DNA of 64,000 bases from Octopus vulgaris (lineage: Eukaryota), in NCBI GenBank assembly GCA_951406725.2, contig OX597822.1:66526001-66590000 (forward strand). Direction: 5' to 3'. Below the pieces are notes generated by a model that saw nothing but the letters and a program-made list of their open reading frames with translations, searched no databases and had not been told where the DNA came from. Shown in pieces: positions 53,480 to 64,000 of the stretch. How positions within the stretch are numbered: position 1 is the stretch's first letter; every line of letters starts with the position of its first letter. A program made the position numbers and the translations under genes.

Positions 53480-53822
53480 GAATGCCCCATGGAGCTTCTA
53501 CAAAAAGTCTGCTTCTTAGGGACTGGATAGAAGGGTTTTAAGGGCTTGAAAGACTACTGAAAACTTGTGATTATATCAGGTTACAGGTGGTAATTCGCTA
53601 CTCATAAGTTCTACAAGGAATAAGAACAAACCTAGCCCAAATTACCAATCATTATAATAAAGTAACAAGCAAGTTAAATATCCACAGGATATAACAGCCA
53701 AATAACCTGGGCAGAGATAGGTACAGATGTCTAGAATGGGATAACTTTGAACCTGCATATGGTTGCTCGGTGGGACCAATCCTAGGTCTGAAACTCCAAA
53801 CAAAGACAATTAGAAGCCATCG
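53480..53822 (+). mobile_element. Decayed R4/Dong-like 3' end remnants
   Basis: MELLQKVCFLGT resembles the LLQKAxLLGT C-terminus; followed by (CTA)n. Confidence 0.35.
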
Positions 53823-53891
<69 letters not shown>

Positions 53892-53947
53892 TTACTGCAG
53901 TTGCTGCTACTACTACAAGAACTGCTGCTGTTGTTGCTGCTGCTGCG

Positions 53948-53982
<35 letters not shown>

Positions 53983-54045
53983 ACCTAAAACTACTACAAC
54001 AACAACAACTACTACTACTACTACAACTACTACCACCACCACTAT
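53823..54045. repeat. (CTA)n/(CTG)n microsatellite
   Basis: Read directly from the sequence. Confidence 0.95.
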
Positions 54046-54159
54046 CTAACGACTATTACTAAAGTTGTTCAAAGCATTTTTACATGATTGAATGCGTAAG
54101 GGAAACTAAACCAAAATGTCAAAATAAATTTATTAGCTATTAAAACGTATGTCACTCAC

Positions 54160-54261
54160 CAACTGTGTCTGCAACACGTTAAGGATTCTTGTTCCAAGGA
54201 AATAGCCTTCACTTTCATGGTCAATACTTTTGAGAAAGTTATAAGCATAACCGTCATATCG
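54160..54261 (-). CDS. Candidate 102-nt host coding exon (RYDGYAYNFLKSIDHESEGYFLGTRILNVLQTQL)
   Basis: Minus-strand acceptor tttcaatacag| and donor TTG|gtgagt; length divisible by 3, frame open, non-repetitive. No neighbouring exon could be phased to it. Confidence 0.3.
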
Positions 54262-54453
54262 CTGTATTGAAATGCCCGACATAGATACGTATTCAAATGA
54301 ACACAGTTTCTCTCTCTCTATCTCTCTCTCTCTCTCTCTCTTTCTGTAACACATATACAAAATTAGAAGAATGCGTGTGTATGTTTGTGTGCGTGTATGT
54401 GTATAAGCATAGTCACCCATACACTTATACATGCATACAAACCTATCTTCCAT

Positions 54454-54507
<54 letters not shown>

Positions 54508-55569
54508 TCTATATATGTGCGTGTCTGTTTGTGCATGTGATATACTTTTGCGGAATGCGTATAGGAGATACGAATATGATTATGTATATGTGTCTAGTAA
54601 GTGTACTTGATTTCATATGAATAAATTTAGTACATATATGTAAATATATATATATATATATATATATAGATAGATACATACATACATACTCACACACATA
54701 CACAAATACATGTATATGTGTGTGTATGTATGTATGTGTGTAAGTATACATACATTTATAAGTGCGATCTTATTTCTATATGTTTATTTTTTCGTGTGCT
54801 TATCTCAAATGGTAATACATCAGACTCAACCACCCTAAATTTAATTAGACTGAAATTAAACCTAAAATTTAATCAGTGTAAGATAATTACTTAAATAGTA
54901 CATAAAATAATATTTTAATTACAAATTAATGAAATTCTAAGAGCGGAAACATTGAAGACATCGGCAATATATTAATATCAGCCAGACAGTTACTCTCCAA
55001 GGAAATCTCATATTTACTATAAACTTCAGAAGGATGCTGATATCCGATATTCAGAAAGTCACCTTAATTAATTAATTTCTCTACCTCTTACCAGGTATAG
55101 TATATACTGATATTTTAAATGCAAATTGACCAGTGACTTTAAAACGGAGACTAATTTTCGTTACAAGTATATTTGAAGACTTTGTTTCTAATCTTGCTTG
55201 AATCTATTATAATAATAGACGAATTAATTTTACTGGTGAAATAAACACTGAAGATTCTTTAGAGCGCGGAAACTACAGGAGCTACTCAGGGACTTTGCGA
55301 ACTCTTCCTCTGAAGCCATCGAAATATCGGGAAACTTCCCCTGTCAGCAACATCTCAGTTTCAGAAATGTTTCGCCAGGCCTCAGTGGAGTAGCAGGGAC
55401 GAAATTAGTGTTCGCCCCTGAAAAGGTTTCACATGCGGTCAGTTTTCAACCACAGTCACATTCAGCTACTTCCACATGGCATGCATACTTTCTTGGTGGT
55501 TTTCTGCAATTGTTTGGAATCCATATCAATTTGGAGGAAATGGCGCTCTGATCTCGCTGTGGTTCTTAA

Positions 55570-55715
55570 CGGATATGTGTCCCCGTCAACTAGCGGTTCG
55601 GCAAGAGAGACCGATAGAATAAGTACTAGGCTTACAAAGAATAAGTCCTAAGGTTGATTTGGTCGACTAAAGGAGGTGCTCCAGCAAGGCCGCAGTCAAA
55701 TGACTGAAACAAATA
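55570..55715 (+). mobile_element. OR-like SINE 3' half
   Basis: agcggttcggcaagagagaccgatagaataagtac..gcagtcaaatgactgaaac. Confidence 0.75.
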
Positions 55716-56482
55716 AAAAAAAAGACACACACACACACACACACATATATGGACGATTTCATTCCCCTTCGGTACGTATACATATAAGAATAGATATGGA
55801 AACCGCATTAACAAAATTATATTTTACTGTGATTTTTTTAAAAATTAGATAAATTCTAAAACCAAACCCAAATATAAGGTAGAGGTATTAAATATACAAT
55901 ATAGAGGTATTAAATCAAGCGACAAAAATCTACCTGACATCGGAGTTAGCTAAATTAGGGTTTGGACTCAGAACTCAAAAATCTGTAGGAAAGAGTCACA
56001 TTGGTAACATTGTTAGAACGTCGAATAAGAAGACGCAAAGCGTCTTCCTGTTGCTCTTTACTGATAATTTATTTATCAATCTCGAAAATGTAAAATGCGA
56101 ATGTAATGTTGATCTCCGTGTTGTTTCAAAGCACGCTACTGTGAGTAAAAATGCACCGACGGATTATATCCGTTGCTCTGATAATTCTGGCTGTTCGATG
56201 ATTTAATAATAATTCTATCATATACTTACAGAGTTCTGATATGTCAGATGAGTCGAAGAAATTTCGCAAATCGATGCTGCTGCTCATAACATTAATAGTG
56301 TCTATCAATCTTCAGAAACTCAGGCCCTCTATTTTCGCAGAATAACATTTTACAAACCTCCCATTATGTTTTTGCAAAGTAAATAAAACTTCAAAAAAAT
56401 AAGCAGATAAAAAGCAGATTATTTTCAATAAACGGAACCAATCTTTCTCCAGTGGCTTTGTAGCAGTGATTCAAAATCTAAC

Positions 56483-56862
<380 letters not shown>

Positions 56863-56865
56863 CAT

Positions 56866-59383
56866 GGTTACTGAAGGCCATCAGTCATGTAATAAAGCGT
56901 ATTGGACGCAAAACATGCAAATCACTATACGTCCCACCAACAGAAAATAAAGAAGGACAGAGAAATGATGTTTAGAGACAGCAGAAAGAGGACACTCACT
57001 TGCAAACTGATTACTTTCAAGCAGGAGCTAAAAGCTGTCAGTGAAGAACAATAAACAAAAACTTTAATCGCAACCAGGCAGCAGTATGCTGAGACATGAG
57101 AGGAGAAGCATTAAACATCACGGAAGCTCCTCCGTGAGAACACGTAGACTCAATCTGGAGGAAAATCTGGAGTGACGAGAAGGAATTTAAACCAAGGTGC
57201 TCTATGACCGGAAGAAATCCGAAAAAGGTATTGCACCTGCGTGACGTCCAAGACATAAAACATTGATGGTGAAACTCTGTGATCCAGAAACTCCAGGATG
57301 GAAAGGCACATGGAAGAGACTTGATTGTTGGATTTTGGTACAAGAAGCTAACATTCTACTGTCCATATCTTATCAGTCTGTACCAGCAAGCTTTCATTGG
57401 GAACATTTGCATGCCACACTGATTAACTCTGGCAGAGACAAAATTGATGCCCAAATGCAGAACTACCCACATGGCAAAAAACTGCCAGTACTTAATGTAT
57501 AAGATATATACAATATATTTAAACTTCTTCCTACAGAACCATTGTGAAACAAATAACATTATCACAACAAAACAAGCAACTGCGAAGAAGGAGTCTGGGG
57601 ATGTGCCGGGCAATTGTTAATCAACAAAATTGTGATGTCAAGGGTGCTAGAGCATAGGAGGAACCTAGTTTCAATGTGGCTAGACTACATGAAAGCCTTT
57701 GACTCTGTTCCCCACTCATGGATTTTAGAAGCCCTTCAACTTGCTAAATCTGCAGTGAGAATAGTCAAAGCCGTAGCTGACCTGGCTTCATCTTAGGCCA
57801 CCGTCTTGAAATCAAACACAAGGAGTGACTGTATTATCACCGACAGAACACAATATCACAAGGGCATACTCGAAGGAGTCAGCGTCTCTGTGATGTTTAT
57901 ACGTTTTGTAAACCCCTTGTCGTTCATGTTAAGGAAGCCTGAAGGATATCTCACTGGTTTACAAAGAAGCAGAAGTACCAAAATTACATACTGTTTCATT
58001 GTGAATGACTTAAAACTGTTTGCAAACAAAATACATGCGATGAAAAAGAGCCTTGACCTAGTTACAACATTCTCAAAGAATATAGGGTTGGAGTTTGGTC
58101 AGAATAAATGTTGTTATATGGTTGTGAAAAGGAGGAAAACCATAACCCAGGCTAGTAACATCTCCATCAATGATTTGACCGTTTCCCCTGTAGCTGATGT
58201 GGAATGTAACAGGTGTCTACGAGTGGATGAAAATAAATCTTACAATAGCACTTGTAACAAAACACATGTCACTAATATTACTGCTGAATAAAGAAAATTT
58301 GTACCTCAGAACTTTCTGCATTCAATAAAACAGTGGCCCACAATGTATTTGTAGTGCCAGTACTGATACCAACATTTGGGCTGCTAGACTGGATGCTTTA
58401 TGAGATCCGAGCCATTGATGTGAAAACCCGAAAAATGCTAACAAGTACACATAATTTCCACATAAACTGTGACGTAGACCGCCTCAACTTAAAACGAAAA
58501 GAAGGTGGCAGAGGCTTAACATCGATCGAAAATGCATTTGGATGTCGCATCATATCCTTTCGGCAACATCATTTAACCACCAAGATTCGAAGTGCATCTC
58601 TTGACCAAGTTTGCATTCATGAGGCTGATAACATCTTAAGAATTGGAAGGCAGTTCCTTGAGCTACACTCTTTGTCTGATAACCTAGAATACATGCCCAA
58701 AGAAGTCGCACGACTCTACCGCAACGTATCATCAGATGAAAGTATGAGCCAACATGAGCAGAAGACTATGCATGGATATGTTAGTAGAAAGAAGTTTATT
58801 ATGGACCAACAGCCGAATTACTACCTCCCATATTGAAGGATATGCGTTTGCAATCCAGGAACAGGAAATATCAACCAAGTACCTGATGCACAAATGTGAT
58901 ACAAATGCAGGAAAAGCCGCAAGATGTGACGACCGATGCAGATTTTTTGGAGTGCACACTGAAGATATCACCCACATCATAAGCAGTTGTCTAAAAATGC
59001 CATCACGGCATTATCTATCGATAAAACATTACGTTGTAGCTAGGATACTCTACTCTGTAATGAAATCCGTTGGAAGGATAATCCTAAAGACAAAGAAATA
59101 AGAGCCCGCAATATGGTAGAAGCCATAGCCACTCATAATAAAAAGGGAATACTGGTGGAATGTACCTGTGAAGACCTCAATAGAATGTAAGCACAACAGA
59201 CCTGATACAATGATTTAAGATAGAGAAGAGAAACTGCGCACAGTTGTGAAATTTAGCCGCCCAGCGTATGTTAACATAAAGCTGAAGATCAATGAAAAAG
59301 GGATCATGTATTCTGAACTACTGAGGAATCTGTAGTTATTCTATCCAGATTACAAGTTCAGGTTCATACCTGTAATTATTAGG
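56866..59383 (+). mobile_element. Decayed R4/Dong-clade non-LTR retrotransposon (RT, CCHC knuckle and RLE), pseudogenised
   Basis: Collinear fragments WLDYMKAFDSVPHSWI, GILEGVSVS (GIFQGDSLS), NDLKLFA, IGLEFGQNKC, VDRLNLKRKEGGRGL, AIQEQEISTK..CRFF..EDITHIISSC, HNRPD, IPVII; multiple frameshifts and stops. Confidence 0.85.
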
Positions 59384-59747
59384 GTGGTGTTGAACCCCGC
59401 TGCACTCTTTCACCACAATTTTCTCTCACTCTTTCTTTCTACTTCTGTCATAAAGCAGAGGAACCATGGTATAACCCACTATGGTGTGGTAAATTTTCAG
59501 AGCCTAGTCATGATTGCGAATCCCCTGTATCCCAGGATTGTTCAGCTCTCCACCCATAAAAAGCCACCGTTTACGGAATGAGGATAACAACGTAGCTTTC
59601 GCGCCCGTGCAACCGCCAGTCTATCGGGTGTGGTGGGTGGATCTTCAAGTTCCCACACGCTTTATTAGTAGCTTAGAATAGGCTGGAATTATGGCGTGAG
59701 TCCTGATTGGAAGAAGAAGAAGAAGAAGAAGAAGAAGAAGAAGAAGA
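59384..59747 (+). mobile_element. SINE-like fragment (OK-like middle part plus unknown body) ending in (GAA)n
   Basis: ctgcactctttcaccacaattttctctcactctttc matches 30765-30800; terminal (GAA)n. Confidence 0.45.
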
Positions 59748-60213
59748 CAATAATAACAATCCTTTCTACTATATGTTCTAAATAATTACAAACATACATA
59801 CATTTCTGCCAGCTCGCCACCTACTGGAGAGTATAAACCAATAACTGACTGAAAATAATTTTGCTCGACCACATTCATATAAACAGTGACAGTTGCAGAA
59901 GCTTTTAAAAAATTAGTATATTAGTATATTATTAGTATATTATCTAAGGCAGCTATTAAGAACCAAAACAATAATTGAGTGTGTGTAACTACAAGAAAAC
60001 GGGTTGAGATATTTTATTTCAACCAGTTGAAACACACACACACACATACACACACACACACATACACGCACATACACTCGTACACAGCCATAGACATTCA
60101 TATACGCACTCATAGACACATATGCACACGCAAACGTTCGCAAACACTGACAACGTATTGCAAAGAAAACAATCACCCATACTACACTACACACAGCGAA
60201 GTACGTACCCACA

Positions 60214-60300
<87 letters not shown>

Positions 60301-60789
60301 ACACACATATATATATATGGATTTTAATAATTAAGACGAAGACATTAAGAGGTAATTATATGTTAATGGTGGAATTCTGTTAAATTACTTAATTATTCAA
60401 ATTTTCTCTGAAATTAGTTTCTTTAATGTTTTGAAGTTTTATATAAATATTGTTGAATAAAATTTTGAGACATACACCCAATCATTATTACTTTCTACAC
60501 CATCAGTTTTTTTTTGCTTTGTTTTTGTCCATTTCCTTCCAGTTTGTTTGGCAAACCCCTTCACCATCTTGCCCTCTCTCCCACTCTCCCTTTCTCTCAC
60601 TGTCTCTCTCGTTTACTTTCTTCCTCTCTCTCTCACACACACATACACAATCACTTAGTATTCAGACATATATGGGCAAACGTATATGTATACACGTATA
60701 CATGAATACATAAATACATATATATCACCTTCCAGCTTACATATATATATATATATATATATATATACAAATGCATAGACAACATCTCA

Positions 60790-61700
60790 TATATATAATT
60801 AAAGCTTGTTTATAGACATAAATAGACATATCATTGTTATACAAATTTATACAAAGATTATCTATTGACATAAATGGGACAAGTCCGACCTCCCCACTTC
60901 TTTATTGAGGGTCGATTATAAACTATAGTTTCACTAAACAATTACTTATATAAACCTTTCAACTATTGTTATCTATATTTTAATAATAGATATACAGCGG
61001 ATATTACATTTTTTTTCCAAAATCTTTTATGCTATTGTTACTTACTAGTGATATGTTTGTTACGTTTTTTCTATCTTATTTTTGTTTTGAGTACTTGTTG
61101 GTTTTTCATGTTTCTTATGTACATTATCGTAAACTTTATATAGACAAGTGATTCTCTGTAAATGTGTTTGTATGTTTACCATAATTTGTTTGGACAATGT
61201 TTTTTGTTTTCCTCTGTTTGAAATATAAGGGTTTTAACACTCTGAATCGTTAGGGCTTTGGGTGTTTTCTTGGTCAAGTCAATTACATCACATACATTGC
61301 ATATAGACAACGTACATATATAATTGCTGTATTATTGCCGTGCGTCTAAATATCGGAGCTGTTTTTCTATATCTTTAAGTTGACTCAGATCTCGAAGGGC
61401 TATAATTAAAGAAGATGCGTCTGTGAACATACAATGGACTTATAAGATTAATCCAGGATAGCTACCGTAGACATAGTTCTCTGTGGTTTGTGTTATCAAG
61501 TCTGTACTCAGAAAATGCTTTAGACGTAAACGCTTCCTATGATCTCTCGAAGTTTGAAAGAACATTGTTGGTGGAAAATGTATTTGAGATTGCAGGCTGT
61601 TAGCTGTAATGTTTGGAAAAATTTGTCATGGAAATATTATTATTTCTAAATCACTCAAAGAGAAACATTCAGTAACAGCTCTTTAAAGTAAAGGCTATTT
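60790..61700 (-). mobile_element. Possible decayed PLE (GIY-YIG-region) fragment
   Basis: Minus-strand remnant resembling VVY..CNVC..IDLTK at about 61265-61315; abuts (TA)n; weak. Confidence 0.35.
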
Positions 61701-61829
61701 GCAAACATAATGTGGAGGATGCTACTGTTGCTTTAGCCCCAAGAAACATCGTTTCTAGCTGGCTATGCGACACACTGTGTCCTTATATGTGTCCTGTTCG
61801 GGACAGCTACATTATGTTGGCAAATAGCC

Positions 61830-62560
61830 TTTACTTTAGAATTTGCCATGTCAGGTTTTCTGAGTTGAAACAATGATACTTATAAAGACAAGTACTTGTG
61901 TCTGGATTGGACTCAGTGTGCCGAAGGTGAGATAGGCCCTGGATAAAGCTGCTTTTCAAATAGATATTTGTTGAAACTGTAGAATAAAACACTTCAAAGG
62001 TTACTTAACAGGAATGATGTATGGCAAATAGCTCCATTTAGAATTAGCTATATCCGCAAATTTGTATAGGAATTTCTCCCCTCGAATACAAAGTTGGGAA
62101 AATGGGAGATTTTGATAAACTTTTGTGCCCATAATACAAATGAAATCAAACAGTGAAAATTTCCTGATCTCATGCAAAATGGTACAAGTCGTGGATGGAG
62201 ACAGAGTTAATTACATAAATGCATCACTTATGCAATTTGGCCTGCGTGAGAGGCGGTTGACTTAGCAACAAGAAGCATTAACAAAGTTCTGTTGTGTAGG
62301 GTCATAAAGATTATGTTCTGAAAGTGGTGGAACATAGAAGCATGATCTACTACACGGAGCGGATCAGTCGGAATGTACAGCAGATCATCCATAATGGGAA
62401 ACTATAAAGGAATTATGAAGAACAATGGTATGATGGCGGCTAGTGTACTCTGCTTGCAGTCATCAAAACAGGCAACTCTGATTGAACTCACTAAGCCTTA
62501 TGAAAGCAAAATGGAAGAACCCCGTATTTTAAAGGTTAAAACGTATGCCAGTTTAATCTT
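61830..62560 (+). mobile_element. Decayed HERO/NeSL-like RLE non-LTR fragment
   Basis: KQATLIELTKPYESKMEE..KVKTYASL (cf. IELTVPWEE..K..KY..L), with upstream LPSNTKLGKW and ISCK..WR remnants. Confidence 0.5.
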
Positions 62561-62563
62561 CAA

Positions 62564-62600
<37 letters not shown>

Positions 62601-64000
62601 TATATGCACGTGCATGTGTGTGTATGAGAGGAAACTGATACTATGTATATGACAGATAGATAGGTAGATAGATAGATGTAGATTACTAGATAAGAAGTTA
62701 GAAAATGTAATGCGAAGTGACATTAGAAAATTCTGGCATGTATATAGTCTTATAGTGTTCTTCTCAAAAATATTCATGATTTCACAGTGCAATAGGTTAA
62801 AATAAATAATTTTTCTTTAAGTTTTGGTCCAGAATTCTAACCGGAGTACATTCCTTATTTTCGCAAAGTGTGTATGTGAAAATATTCGACTCACACTACG
62901 CAAGGTATATGAACGTGATCTTAAATATGGAAAAGTGTCTCGATTATGTATACAAAGACATTAAATCGCATATAAATCAACTTATCTGACTAACTCAAAT
63001 TCGCTCACAAATATACTGCTATCACCAACTCACTGATGCATTGTTTTACACATTTTGGTTCTTCAGTTCTTGAGAGCCTCTTCTTTTAAAAACTTGTCAA
63101 CCGCACATCCTGTCTCCTCAGGTGCAGTCAAACATCCCGGTTTTATTAATCCTAGAATCAGTCTTTGGTTCTATATCATCCCTAATTGAAAGACTTATTA
63201 TAGGCCTGCACCCTTACATCTGTAACATTCAAGAATTCAACTCTCTCCAATGGTTTTTTTTTCGTCCCACATTGCAATACAAATATACAAAGAACATGAC
63301 GTATGCTATTCTCAACTTTCGGGTTGGATCCTGTACATACCAGAAATCAACCTTTCCTCTACTCATTAACATCTTAATGTTAATGAGTGGAAGTATAGCC
63401 AGCCGTCTTTTGCCATGCATATTGTTTCATGTTTACGTAGTCGGAAGCAGACAGAAACACCCATTCGTCTGCTTCACAACTGAACCTACAAAACACATAA
63501 ATAAAATCAGGCACGAGGATAGTAGGCAGGTCCGTTATCTGAATCGTACTCATTATAACGTGAAATGAAAGCCTTGCTCAAAGCTACATATTGGCGACTG
63601 ATCAGTATATTGAACATCTTCCTGACAATCGCGAGTCAAACCCCACAACCACTAAGCTACGCACGTTTACAGAAAAAAAAAGTAATGATGTATAATAAAA
63701 AACTAACAAGATATAAAAGAATCGTATGAGATTTTTGCAACTTAGGGCTGAATGTTGTTTTATACGTTCATGACACAGCTCTCGTTAACGAAGCATCGAA
63801 ACATAAGCTGCAGTTTATTCCCTAATATGCCGCAGTGCCTTTGCAACACTAATTTCGACATATCCCTGGATGACGCTTGTGAATGTTGATACGAGTTTTA
63901 GAAAACTAATACGCAGTTATTCGTTAATAGACACGTTTAAATATTTCCACCTGCCGTGCACAATACATGTTAAACTATGCAACATAGACTTTAGTAATAT

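Overview
Eukaryotic, AT-rich, microsatellite-saturated DNA with no confidently identifiable host gene. The SINE families and repeat density look like an Octopus (coleoid cephalopod) intron or intergenic region; this is an inference. Almost all ORFs in the supplied track are microsatellite translations. Protein-coding signal comes from retroelements: a young 5'-truncated CR1-type LINE with an open RT frame (41585-43978) inserted into a decayed Penelope-like element (PLE), several PLE RT/GIY-YIG fragments, R4/Dong-type fragments, a HERO/NeSL-like fragment and an RTE-like fragment, plus many tRNA-derived SINEs. The main unannotated signal is a set of type I hammerhead ribozymes (HHR). (1) A nearly identical 505-bp HHR-bearing unit occurs as about 2 tandem copies followed by about 2 inverted copies in a different register (49222-51222), which looks retrozyme-like. 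(2) A SINE-like family combines a tRNA-derived Pol III head, an (AAT)n tract and a minimal HHR, and 3 of its 4 copies carry an inverted duplicate of their own 3' tail, as PLE insertions do. (3) Further intact or decayed HHRs sit at PLE ends. All motifs were read by eye; none has been confirmed by database search, folding or expression data.
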